IMG/VR virus record: IMGVR_UViG_3300028392_002123
Reading direction: 5' to 3' (one strand)
Source of the DNA: a virus
Taxonomy: Duplodnaviria > Caudoviricetes
Length of the DNA stretch: 64,000 bases
A program made the position numbers and the translations under genes. Below the pieces are notes generated by a model that worked only from the letters and a program-made list of their open reading frames with translations, was not told the DNA's origin and ran no database searches. The first letter of the stretch is position 1. Each line of letters opens with the position of its first letter. Of this stretch, positions 17,472-26,805 are shown piece after piece.

Positions 17472-18895
17472 TTATCAGACTTGAATTTACGATATTCTAG
17501 GATCATGTCCAGTGCTTCACGCAATGGATTGTCTCCTTGGCCAGCTGGTTTGTTTAATGCGCTACCGTTTGGTGCACGACCAGTGCCTTTTTGTCCCCAA
17601 TCATAGATATCGCCATGTAAGCGAGGATTAGGTTCGTTAGTCTGTGGAGGTGTGTTACCGAAAGCTTCGTCTGTTTGTTGTTCTTCGCTTTCTTCACCGC
17701 TGGTTGGTTTTTGTGAAACTTGTGCGCCTTTATTAACACCAGCTAGTTTCATGATGTGAATAATTTCATCAGGAACATCTGTTGTCATTTGTAGATTGTT
17801 TTCGCCGTTTCGAATACTTAATGTGTAAGTTGCGGCTGGCTCTTCTGGTTCTGCCATTTGTGCCATTTCTGGCTCGGCTTGCTGTGCGCCAATAGTTGGA
17901 ACTTCTGCTGGCATAGCAGGGTTAATACCCATTTGTGGCTCACCACCTACCACTGTCATAGGGCTCATTTCCATGTCGCCACATTCGTTTACTTTATATT
18001 TTTTGCCACCGACTTCAAATTCCTCTTCCGCCATACCTTGCTGACCTTTTGATTGTTCCCATTGGTCATATACTGTTTCATAGGCACTATATAATGCATC
18101 AATTTCGGGTATGCTAAGATCATACTTGTCAGGGAAATCACCTATTGCTGACATTGCTCGGTCAACAGAATCATTGAATTTATTATTTCTAATTCCGTAT
18201 TTTGCTATATTGTACCAAGCTGTTTTGATAGGATTGCCGTAGTGACCAACCTTTGCCCAGTTGCCTACTTCTCGTAGACCTAAGTCGATTGGTGGATTTT
18301 CACCGGCCATTCTTTCATTATATGCGGCTAATCTTTTAACTTGTTCTTCATGTGAGTCTTCTTCAATCTTTGCTTCCTGGATGCCTGCATATCTACGTAG
18401 TAAACTTAGGGCACTTTCTTTCATTGATTTTTCTTCTTCGTCAGCTTGATCATCATCAAATTCCATGGCTTCTTCGTCACTGGTGTTATAGCTACCATCT
18501 TTGTTAAAACCTTCTTTAACTTCATCACTTGGTTTTTTACCTGTTTGAGGAACGCCTGATTTTTTCTGTAAATCTTTGATTAGCTCTTCGTCATCTTTGT
18601 GACCTAGAGTGTCCAATGCTTTTTTACCAAACTCTTTAACTTTATCCATTACACCTTCTTCAACTTCTTCTTTGCAATCACCTGTGTGTACGTGACCGCA
18701 ATCTGGACATTTTTCACTGTCAGCTTCTTGAATGGCTTGCAGACCTTTTAATACGTTGGCAATATCTTCGTTTTTCTTCTTGCCGTCTTTTTCTTCTGCT
18801 TTTAATTCAGCTTTAAGTAACCAGTCTGGCTTTTTACCATCTTTGTCTTCGGCAACAATGGTGTTTAATTTTTTTAGTATGTCTTCAAAGTTCAT
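17468..18895 (-). CDS. Acidic modular protein, probable internal head protein
   Basis: Very Glu-rich, with repeated hydrophobic-x-E sites and two ..LAG[IV]-like motifs. Confidence 0.6.
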   Translation of the reverse strand: MNFEDILKKLNTIVAEDKDGKKPDWLLKAELKAEEKDGKKKNEDIANVLKGLQAIQEADSEKCPDCGHVHTGDCKEEVEEGVMDKVKEFGKKALDTLGHKDDEELIKDLQKKSGVPQTGKKPSDEVKEGFNKDGSYNTSDEEAMEFDDDQADEEEKSMKESALSLLRRYAGIQEAKIEEDSHEEQVKRLAAYNERMAGENPPIDLGLREVGNWAKVGHYGNPIKTAWYNIAKYGIRNNKFNDSVDRAMSAIGDFPDKYDLSIPEIDALYSAYETVYDQWEQSKGQQGMAEEEFEVGGKKYKVNECGDMEMSPMTVVGGEPQMGINPAMPAEVPTIGAQQAEPEMAQMAEPEEPAATYTLSIRNGENNLQMTTDVPDEIIHIMKLAGVNKGAQVSQKPTSGEESEEQQTDEAFGNTPPQTNEPNPRLHGDIYDWGQKGTGRAPNGSALNKPAGQGDNPLREALDMILEYRKFKSDK

Positions 18896-18897
18896 AA

Positions 18898-19533
18898 TTA
18901 TTTCCTTGCAAACGATGGTTGCTTACCTGGCTTACCGGACTTAGTCAATGGGCTTGTTTCATTTTCCTTGGGCTGATCGCCGATCTGAGGTTCACTAACA
19001 GGCACGTCGGGGTCTGCTATTTTGGGTAAATCTTTACGTCTTTCATCAGATAATTTTTTTAATTCTTTTAAAAGACCAGTATTGAATTTGTCGCCGTAAA
19101 CTTCATCTGCTGTGGTTTTACTTCCTTCGCTCTTGTCGTAATCTGTACCGATGATTGCTTGCTTGTCCTGTTTGTTCAATGAGTTTTTAGCAATATCGTC
19201 TTGTGTTTCGCGTGGATCTGTTGAATGGCGTACAACAACATAACGTTCTGTACAATTTAATAACTTAGAGATTTCTATTTTAAGAACTTCGTTACTAACA
19301 GGCAGGCCTGCAACAAAATCAATAATCTGGACTTCAGCTGAATCTAAGTCTGGAAAATCTAAGGGTGATTTTTGTAGTATTAGTTTGTGCGGTGCTGTTA
19401 TGCGCTCTGCGTCATACTTTTCTAAGTGTTTTTCAATCTTATCAATTTGCTCATCCGTGACAGGACAGGCCAGTTTGATTCTGATTTCATGCTTAGTTCT
19501 AAGTTGTTCTATGTATTCAAATAGAGTTGCCAT
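18898..19533 (-). CDS. Late hypothetical protein
   Basis: 211 aa; GATAAATA and SD GGAG upstream. Confidence 0.7.
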   Translation of the reverse strand: MATLFEYIEQLRTKHEIRIKLACPVTDEQIDKIEKHLEKYDAERITAPHKLILQKSPLDFPDLDSAEVQIIDFVAGLPVSNEVLKIEISKLLNCTERYVVVRHSTDPRETQDDIAKNSLNKQDKQAIIGTDYDKSEGSKTTADEVYGDKFNTGLLKELKKLSDERRKDLPKIADPDVPVSEPQIGDQPKENETSPLTKSGKPGKQPSFARK

Positions 19534-19550
19534 CTGTATTCTCCGATACT

Positions 19551-20063
19551 TTATTTATCATTCTTTTTTAAGTTCTGGTTAATGAGATTTAATATCGCAT
19601 TACGATCCGTGGTAAGTTCTGTGGATGCATCACCAGCTGGTTCAGCATCTTTCATGCTGTTTGCCAGTCTAGCGGCCTGTAATTGCAAGCTGACCATCTT
19701 CAATTTCTTTTCCAATTTGGCAGTTTTAGCTGTGATAGCATTGGACATCATTCCGCTGGCAACTTCAAAAATTTTACCTGCATTTCTATCATCGACGTTA
19801 AAACCTAGATCCATTAAACGATCATAGCTTTCCATGGCTTTTTGTGCATAGTCGTCTAGATCGTTGTCTTCTGTGTCTAAGCCTTTGACCTGCGGTAATG
19901 CCTGATCAATTCGCTGTGCCACAGTTAATTGTTCTTTGATAGAACTTTGTAAGTCAACTATCTGGGCAGTATTTACTATTGGTAGTTGATTTTCACTTGT
20001 AGACTCTGATCTGTCGGTTTCCAAGGATTCTATGTTAAAAAAATCTTCTAGTTTTTTAGTCAT
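19551..20063 (-). CDS. Possible terminase small subunit (gp16-like)
   Basis: Helical; KIFEVASGMM...KLEKKLK resembles the gp16 RAYEV..L..KL pattern; lies near gp17. Confidence 0.45.
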   Translation of the reverse strand: MTKKLEDFFNIESLETDRSESTSENQLPIVNTAQIVDLQSSIKEQLTVAQRIDQALPQVKGLDTEDNDLDDYAQKAMESYDRLMDLGFNVDDRNAGKIFEVASGMMSNAITAKTAKLEKKLKMVSLQLQAARLANSMKDAEPAGDASTELTTDRNAILNLINQNLKKNDK

Positions 20064-20527
20064 CTTGTTCTTGTCCTTTTAGCTCGGGGTTTAGATTTTG
20101 GTTGCCAATTGTTGTATATATCTTCTTCTGTGAGTATTCTAAATTTCATACCCATACGTTGACAAAAGGCTCTACATGCTTCCCACTTAGCCATATTTAA
20201 CACCACAGCCGCTTTTTCTTGTTGTGTAGTAGCTTCGCCTAATATTGCTTGTTTACGCGGCTTTACTTCGATGACTTCGCTGATTTTATTTCCATTCTTA
20301 TCTTGATAAGTGATTAAGAAGTCCGGAATATAAAATGTATTTCTGCCATCAAAAGGATTTCTATAAGGAACACGCAGACATTCACTGCCCCATCCTATAA
20401 CGGCAGGATGGTTATCACAGAATCGCATTACAGTTAATTCCCAGCCACTGCGATATTTAGGTGTTCCTTTACCTATGTACTTTTGAGGATTCTGTGGCGT
20501 AAATGCGCCTTGTAAATAGTTAGGCAT
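20060..20527 (-). CDS. gp4: Head completion nuclease (gp4/TnsA-like)
   Basis: YRSGWE...WGSE...PY...YIPDF...EVKP PD-(D/E)xK motif. Confidence 0.88.
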   Translation of the reverse strand: MPNYLQGAFTPQNPQKYIGKGTPKYRSGWELTVMRFCDNHPAVIGWGSECLRVPYRNPFDGRNTFYIPDFLITYQDKNGNKISEVIEVKPRKQAILGEATTQQEKAAVVLNMAKWEACRAFCQRMGMKFRILTEEDIYNNWQPKSKPRAKRTRTR

Positions 20528-20811
20528 TATACTATCTGCGATTTAATTACAGGCGGAACATTGTTTATATCAATATAACCTATTTGACTGCTATTTGTAC
20601 GAGTGCTGTTTAATGCTCGATAAATGTTAGTGTCAAATCTAATGCCGTTGGTAGAAACATTCTTTAGTAACTCGTCGGTTGATACGCCTGTGTCATGACT
20701 AATAGTCAGTATCATTTTAGCTAAAGCCTTGGCTGCTGTTGTACTAACATTTTTTCCCAGTAACTTTCCATAGACAACATCAAACAATGTTGTTTCAATT
20801 GCATTACTCAT
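20527..20811 (-). CDS. Hypothetical protein
   Basis: 94 aa ORF, coupled to neighbours. Confidence 0.65.
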   Translation of the reverse strand: MSNAIETTLFDVVYGKLLGKNVSTTAAKALAKMILTISHDTGVSTDELLKNVSTNGIRFDTNIYRALNSTRTNSSQIGYIDINNVPPVIKSQIV

Positions 20812-21418
20812 TTGTTGCTCCTGTAACAGGATTTTCTACAGAATAAGTGATAGCTTCGAATCTAACAGAAATAGTCCATGTAACTGCTTCGCTGGCAGCA
20901 TAATCTAAATTGTCATGCTGTACATCAACAATCTTTGGACGCCATAGTGTAATTGTACTTGTGTTATCTCTGTAAAATTTCACAATTTCTATTTTTTCAA
21001 AAACTGTGTCACCCATGTCTGGACGAATTTTAAGACCAAATCCATCCAGGCCTGTTCGCATAGTTTTCATACTTGTGGCTACTTGAATCGGGTCAAAGTT
21101 TGAACTAACGTCGTTGAGATATGTTGTTAAGAATGATTGAAATTTATTGTCTGTTGTATCGTTAAAAGCAATAGTAATAGGATCAAATTGAACCTTGGTA
21201 GGAACTAACTGTCTTACGTTCCAAGAATTAATTACTTCTGTTTCTATGTTATAACGTGGTAGTTCAATGGTCCTTAGGGCCTTGACTGTCATTTTAGATT
21301 GTTCTTGTAATGTTGTGTTAGATTTAGAATAGAAAGTAACATCAAATAGGTACTTCGGGCGAATCAATTGTTCGCCCGGAGACCCCGACCATTCCATTGC
21401 TTGGGTTATAGCGGCCAT
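20804..21418 (-). CDS. Tail-tube-like protein (gp19/gp54 fold)
   Basis: IELPRY...FDPITIAF.D...LDY....TISVRFE, paralogous in pattern to the adjacent tube gene. Confidence 0.7.
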   Translation of the reverse strand: MAAITQAMEWSGSPGEQLIRPKYLFDVTFYSKSNTTLQEQSKMTVKALRTIELPRYNIETEVINSWNVRQLVPTKVQFDPITIAFNDTTDNKFQSFLTTYLNDVSSNFDPIQVATSMKTMRTGLDGFGLKIRPDMGDTVFEKIEIVKFYRDNTSTITLWRPKIVDVQHDNLDYAASEAVTWTISVRFEAITYSVENPVTGATNE

Positions 21419-21428
21419 AGGCTACCTA

Positions 21429-22058
21429 TTAACCTCTTAGTGCGTTAGAACCTAGACCTGATAATATTGGCGATGGGCCTAATACTCCATTAGTTAAAGC
21501 GCCTTGCTCAAATTCGCTAGGTTGTTCAACATTATGAATATCTGCAGAATCAAAACGTATCTGTAAAGTTACTTGCATTACATCACTGGTAGCATAGTTG
21601 TTTTCGCCATAGTTAACGTTTTGAATGAAACAACCATTCAAACTCCATGTTTCAATAACTGTAGCAGGTTGTGCGCCATCTAACTGCTCTACTAAAATAC
21701 CAAACTTGTATTGACTTGCAGTAGCCGGAGCACTTTGTAAACCATGATTCAATTGTTTTTGTAATTGTGAAGACACGTGTCTATGTACATTATTATTGAT
21801 ATCATCTCTTAATGTAATAGTTATCGGCTCCCATGTGTGTTTACCAGCCACATAAGCGCGGCTGTTGTATGCATCGATGGTTATTTCGTCATGTGTTAAA
21901 CTTGGACGAGTCACGCTGACTACGTTCTGTGTGAAGTCTGAACTACTAGTATCTGCGCCAAATTGTATCATTTTGACACGGAATCTGTACTGTAGTTTCG
22001 GCATCACAATAGTTGAACCTGTATCAGTTGGAACGCCAAATTGTGTTAAATCTGCCAT
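21429..22058 (-). CDS. gp19: Tail tube protein
   Basis: PKLQYRFRV, AGKHTWEPITITLRDD, W.LNGCF, TLQIRFD; follows the sheath gene. Confidence 0.88.
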   Translation of the reverse strand: MADLTQFGVPTDTGSTIVMPKLQYRFRVKMIQFGADTSSSDFTQNVVSVTRPSLTHDEITIDAYNSRAYVAGKHTWEPITITLRDDINNNVHRHVSSQLQKQLNHGLQSAPATASQYKFGILVEQLDGAQPATVIETWSLNGCFIQNVNYGENNYATSDVMQVTLQIRFDSADIHNVEQPSEFEQGALTNGVLGPSPILSGLGSNALRG

Positions 22059-22091
22059 GTATTTTCTCCTTGGTCTATTGTTATTTAGCTA

Positions 22092-24491
22092 TTATTTGGT
22101 CGTTCCTAATTCGCCGGTATTAACCACGCGGATTGGAATATAGATAAATTCAGCGGCTTTAGTTGGTTCAATAGCAACATCAATCCATAATTCGTTTTTA
22201 TCTATTTTAGCTGGTGTGTTGTTTGTTTCATCACAAACAACGATAAAGTCATATATGGCTCTCTTGGCCAACATATCTGATAAGAATGCGTCAAACACAG
22301 ATTTAGCGTTAGTGCGTGTGATCTTATCGTTGGGTTCGAAAATAAACGGACGAGCTAATGGATCGAAACGTTCACGTAAGTAAGCCAATAAGCGACCTAC
22401 GTTAATTCTGTCCAATGCTGTAGAAGCGTATTGTAAAGTTTTCTGACCGAATACATATAAGCCTTGTCCAGGGAAGTTAGCCAATGGGTTAAGTCTGTTT
22501 GCATACAATGTATCACGTTGACCACCTGTTAATGCTACTGGAATAAATTCGCCGTCCATGTTAACATAGCCCACGTTCGAAGCATTAGTAATAACACCGC
22601 GTGTTAAACCTGCAGGTGCAAACCATGGATAACTAACTTGGTCATTGTATGCCATTGTTCTTAGTACAACATGACTTGCTGGAACAACTACATCATTGCC
22701 CATTAAATCTGTTGTGATTGCGCTTGGGTAGTAAGCGGCACAAGTACTTTCGGCACTGATTAAACCATCTTCGCCGTTTGAGCCAGCATTAACACCTGTT
22801 GCCCAATCAATGATTTCTTGACCAGCTGGTGCTAAACGTAATGGAGTATCAATGATGATAAACGCTGTTTCTTTACGGTCAACGTTTAATGTTACCATTT
22901 CGTCTGTTAACTCTGGATAACCAGGAGCGGCAATCAATGTAAAATATACTGTTTCTTCACGGATCTTTGTGTTGTTAGTCACAGCGGCCTGCATAGCTTT
23001 AACTACTGCACGACGTTGTGCTTTGCGTAACATATAAGGTTGGCCAGCTTTAGGACCTGCATCATAGTTACCACTGTATGAATGCCATTTACCAGTCATA
23101 GCATCGTATTGTTTGACGTTGCCAGTGCTTACCATAGTGTTCCATAATAGCATATCTTCCGGATGGAATGCTGGATCTGGTGCTTCCATATCGATGGCTG
23201 TTGCGCCGCCGCCATTAGACGTATCACCTGCTGTTGCTGTTAAATCAGCAAAGATTACACCATTAGGTGTAGATTGATCAGCTGTGTCTCGCTCGACCCA
23301 AACTGAACCACTGTAAACAAATATTCTTGGATAATTTTCTAAGTCACTGGTATCAACCCAAACATCATTGGTGTTAGGAGATACAGGTGCGCTGGAATCA
23401 ACTGTTACATTAGTAGTAACTGGTTGCCATTTACCGTTGGCCTTTTTATACAAGTCAACTGTTAGGTTTGAGTTATACCATAGTGCGCCATCTACTGGTG
23501 CTCCAACTGGTGCAGTATAATGTGCTTCATAGGAATTAGAACTGGCTAGATCAGTCCATGCTGTTCCGTTATAGATTTTTAATTCAAATGCTACAAGGCC
23601 ACCGCCTGCAACTTTTACATACATGTCGCCGTTGTTTAATGAAGCGCCGTAGCCAGTTGTTGCATGGGCATCATCTTGATATTGTGGCATATCTTGTGCG
23701 ATCCACTGACGTGTTGTTGAATTATATTTCTTAACAACAACTTTCAATCCGTGATTTGGAGTTGTTGTTTGAATCCATACATCACCGGTGTTGCCTATTG
23801 CTGGTACTGTTGTACCTAGTTTATAGTGTGGTTGTGCATAAACAGCAATACCCAATGATGTGTTTACTGCAACCCATGTGCCAGCTGTTTTTCTATATAG
23901 TGTATTAGGAGGATTGCCACCACCTGCATACAAAGATACAGCGTAGTTACCGTTGGCGCCAAAACTATCTAATGGCTTTTTAATACCGTCTACTTGTGCT
24001 TGACTTGGAATTAATACAGTTTTAGTAGCCCATACTGTGCCATTCCATTCTTTTACACCCCATACTGTGTCAGCTAGATCTAACCAGTATGTTCCGTTAG
24101 TTGGTGCGCCAGCTGGTTCGTGTGTAGATGATTCAAGTTGACTTAAATCAACATCTGCACGTAGAACATAAGCACGATTTGCAAGACCTAAGAAACTGTA
24201 AGCGGCCATTAAACCGTATTCGTTTACTTCTGATCCGTGTACCGGAGTTCCGTCTACTACAGTAAACATCGGCGCTCCGAATTTTTCAATTAGTTCACGC
24301 TGACTAGTTAACAAATATGGTTTATTTGCATTGGAAGGCATTGTGCCTTCAGCATAGCCACTGCCACTAACATTTGGTTTGTTTGATTCAGTTGCTAAGA
24401 TAATTAATGGGACTGTTCCTTGGGAACCGGATCCATATGCGCTTTCGTCGATTACGCTGACTGCTACGCCTGGGGATACTAAATTGGCCAT
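22092..24491 (-). CDS. gp18: Tail sheath protein
   Basis: LVSPGVAVSVIDES N-terminus; YPWFAPAGLTRG, LDRINVGRLL, FEPND, PTKAAEFIYI C-terminus. Confidence 0.95.
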   Translation of the reverse strand: MANLVSPGVAVSVIDESAYGSGSQGTVPLIILATESNKPNVSGSGYAEGTMPSNANKPYLLTSQRELIEKFGAPMFTVVDGTPVHGSEVNEYGLMAAYSFLGLANRAYVLRADVDLSQLESSTHEPAGAPTNGTYWLDLADTVWGVKEWNGTVWATKTVLIPSQAQVDGIKKPLDSFGANGNYAVSLYAGGGNPPNTLYRKTAGTWVAVNTSLGIAVYAQPHYKLGTTVPAIGNTGDVWIQTTTPNHGLKVVVKKYNSTTRQWIAQDMPQYQDDAHATTGYGASLNNGDMYVKVAGGGLVAFELKIYNGTAWTDLASSNSYEAHYTAPVGAPVDGALWYNSNLTVDLYKKANGKWQPVTTNVTVDSSAPVSPNTNDVWVDTSDLENYPRIFVYSGSVWVERDTADQSTPNGVIFADLTATAGDTSNGGGATAIDMEAPDPAFHPEDMLLWNTMVSTGNVKQYDAMTGKWHSYSGNYDAGPKAGQPYMLRKAQRRAVVKAMQAAVTNNTKIREETVYFTLIAAPGYPELTDEMVTLNVDRKETAFIIIDTPLRLAPAGQEIIDWATGVNAGSNGEDGLISAESTCAAYYPSAITTDLMGNDVVVPASHVVLRTMAYNDQVSYPWFAPAGLTRGVITNASNVGYVNMDGEFIPVALTGGQRDTLYANRLNPLANFPGQGLYVFGQKTLQYASTALDRINVGRLLAYLRERFDPLARPFIFEPNDKITRTNAKSVFDAFLSDMLAKRAIYDFIVVCDETNNTPAKIDKNELWIDVAIEPTKAAEFIYIPIRVVNTGELGTTK

Positions 24492-24558
24492 TGTTATTCT
24501 CCTTAATTGGTTAAGTATATTTACCAATTAGAGTTGAAATAGGGCTATTTAGCGAAAA

Positions 24559-25206
24559 TCAAGAAATCAACGAATCAGGATGCACCAGTTTTTCTACTTG
24601 GGAAAACAAATTATCTAAAGTACCATTATTGTCAATTACATGATCAAATGCTGTTCCTACCCATGCTGTTTCACTGGCATGTATTTTAAGTTTTTCTAAC
24701 TTACTGTTGCCCAGGGCCCAGCCGAGGTGTCTATCACCTTTGTTGGCATTTACTGCATCTTCATACCACTCAGGTTCTGCGCCGCGTACTACACGAATAA
24801 CAATGCCTCCTGCATTTTTAATTGATTTGATTTCATTGGGAAAACGACAGTCTGATATTACAATGTCGTCTCGACTGTTACGCAGTTTATTTTCTAAACT
24901 GGCAATCCAAATGTCATCATTGAACCCTCGACGACAAACTTCTGTGCCCCAGTATTGTAAGACCCAACGCGGAGTTAAATGAGGCATGTTTAGTCGTTCT
25001 GCCCACCATGGATCTACTTGTTCGCGCCATTCACGTGCTTGTTTAGTGCGACCTTCTAGTAATTCTCGGTCCCAACCAAATACCGCGGCTACAGCATCTT
25101 TTAATGTGTTGGCAAAACTTTCGCGCCTAAATTCATGACTGTTAACAAGATAGTCTGCTATAGTGTCTTTGCCACTGCCGATAAATCCACAAATACCAAT
25201 GATCAT
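24559..25206 (-). CDS. Deoxynucleoside monophosphate kinase (T4 gp1-like)
   Basis: IIGICGFIGSGKDT, FANTLKD, LQYWGTE, ISDCRFPNE. Confidence 0.9.
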   Translation of the reverse strand: MIIGICGFIGSGKDTIADYLVNSHEFRRESFANTLKDAVAAVFGWDRELLEGRTKQAREWREQVDPWWAERLNMPHLTPRWVLQYWGTEVCRRGFNDDIWIASLENKLRNSRDDIVISDCRFPNEIKSIKNAGGIVIRVVRGAEPEWYEDAVNANKGDRHLGWALGNSKLEKLKIHASETAWVGTAFDHVIDNNGTLDNLFSQVEKLVHPDSLIS

Positions 25207-25691
25207 TTTAATGTTTCCTCTAACCATAGTTTACATTCAGGCCATTCTTTATACTGGTGGCAGATACCACCGGCCTCCGTCCATTGCTGATAATTAGACA
25301 GTCTATCGTCTATTAAAATATCTCCGGGCTGACAACGATATGCCTTATCCTTGCTATAAGGACCAAAGAATACAGGAACTCCGGGAAAGTAAAAGTTTGC
25401 CCAATGTACTTTGTCTTGGAATGCCCAAGGACAGTCGTTGCCATTTGGTACTGCTGTTAAAAAAGCAACAAATACATTTTCGTGTGTTTTTTGATAATTA
25501 AGAATCCATTCGACTAGTTCGTTGCCGCCTCGTCGAACTTCTAAATGCCTATATATTCTACCAGCTTTTCTTAGTTCCTGCCATTTTTCATCAGGAACTC
25601 TTTCCAGTCTTTCATCCCAGTCGCCGATAATCTTTTTAGCGGCAGATTTCCAATCGGCCACGACTTCATCCATGTCAATGTAAATATTCAT
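25203..25691 (-). CDS. HAD-family 5'(3')-deoxyribonucleotidase-like protein
   Basis: IYIDMDEVVADW, FLTA, K, ILIDD motifs. Confidence 0.85.
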   Translation of the reverse strand: MNIYIDMDEVVADWKSAAKKIIGDWDERLERVPDEKWQELRKAGRIYRHLEVRRGGNELVEWILNYQKTHENVFVAFLTAVPNGNDCPWAFQDKVHWANFYFPGVPVFFGPYSKDKAYRCQPGDILIDDRLSNYQQWTEAGGICHQYKEWPECKLWLEETLK

Positions 25692-25697
25692 ACTAGT

Positions 25698-25726
25698 AGT
25701 ATATAGTCGTGTAATCTACTTGTAAA
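25698..25726 (-). promoter_or_regulatory. sigma70-type promoter (leaderless)
   Basis: TTTACA-N17-TATACT, 6 nt before the ATG. Confidence 0.75.
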
Positions 25727-25734
25727 GAGATTTT

Positions 25735-26025
25735 TTATTTTTTAGGCTCGGGATTTTCACCAGTTAGCATTGGTCTGGCAAACCATAATTTAAACCATTC
25801 ATCAGTGCCAGGTTTAATGTCGTGCTTTTTTTGATACTCACCTTTTTCGGTGCCAATAGATCCATCAATCGGACTATCTCCAGATCGTTCCATTAGACCT
25901 AAAGTATCTATTCCTGCGAGTTTTTTTATTCTGGCTAGTTCACTTGGATCAACATAAGCATCAGGAATAGTAGGATCGTCACCACTGGTGCGAAAAGTTT
26001 CGCTGGTAATTCTATGCTGTTTCAT
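25735..26025 (-). CDS. Small late protein with ELARIKKLAGI motif
   Basis: 96 aa, overlaps the gp13 stop. Confidence 0.7.
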   Translation of the reverse strand: MKQHRITSETFRTSGDDPTIPDAYVDPSELARIKKLAGIDTLGLMERSGDSPIDGSIGTEKGEYQKKHDIKPGTDEWFKLWFARPMLTGENPEPKK

Positions 26026-26765
26026 CCGATGATAAATCCTACTGGGGTAGATCCATCAACATAAGTTCTTAGATCTTCTTCTAGTTTATCCATTTCAGCT
26101 TGAGCTTCGTTCTTTAAGTTATCACCGTTCAAACTTGTTCCGCCTTGCGGACCAGCAATAGTACTAAATTTACTACGTGCTTCTCCTAGGTAAAATTTGG
26201 CCTGAGCAAATGCATAGTCTTTGATCCAAACACCTGCATACACATCATTCATGATATCATCATCGGCACGTTCGATATCGCACCATAGCCACACTTCGTC
26301 ATCGGCATTAAATTTTCTATGAATAAACAATGTCTTGTCTGTTCTGTTCCATGTAAATGTAACGTATGCTCCGAACATACGAGCAATTAGTGCTCGTCTA
26401 TCTGCATACATTTCGTAGTTGACAAGATTCTGTCCCATGCCGCCACCTTGTAACATTAGGTTACTCAAATAAACAGCATTAAATGGTTCGAAGTCTACGC
26501 CTGTGCCACTGCTTAAACTTCCTTGGAATCGTTTGATAACTTCGCGTACATTAACAACATTGCCGGGGATTTGATAAGTTTGTTGGTATGTAAAAATTTC
26601 TAAAGGAATAAATGTTTCAAGTACAGCATTGGTTGCTCGTTGACGATACTTTCTAAGGGCTCTAGTCATGGCTAATTCATAGTGGCCTAAATCTAGCTCG
26701 ACATCTACCATGCCGCCGCCCAGTCTTAGTTCTATTTCTTTAATTAATTCGTCTTTTACACTCAT
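26022..26765 (-). CDS. gp13: Neck protein (gp13-like)
   Basis: RLGGGMVDVEL N-terminus; WIKDYAFAQAK..LGEARSKF..IAGPQGG..LNG C-terminus. Confidence 0.88.
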   Translation of the reverse strand: MSVKDELIKEIELRLGGGMVDVELDLGHYELAMTRALRKYRQRATNAVLETFIPLEIFTYQQTYQIPGNVVNVREVIKRFQGSLSSGTGVDFEPFNAVYLSNLMLQGGGMGQNLVNYEMYADRRALIARMFGAYVTFTWNRTDKTLFIHRKFNADDEVWLWCDIERADDDIMNDVYAGVWIKDYAFAQAKFYLGEARSKFSTIAGPQGGTSLNGDNLKNEAQAEMDKLEEDLRTYVDGSTPVGFIIG

Positions 26766-26769
26766 GGAA

Positions 26770-26800
26770 AATCTCCTACTAGTATATTTAGCAGGAGATT
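26770..26800 (-). promoter_or_regulatory. Late promoter inside an SD-sequestering hairpin
   Basis: 11-bp stem AATCTCCTGCT/AGTAGGAGATT; GCTAAATA spans the 5' arm and loop; SD AGGAG is in the 3' arm. Confidence 0.75.
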
Positions 26801-26805
26801 GAAGT

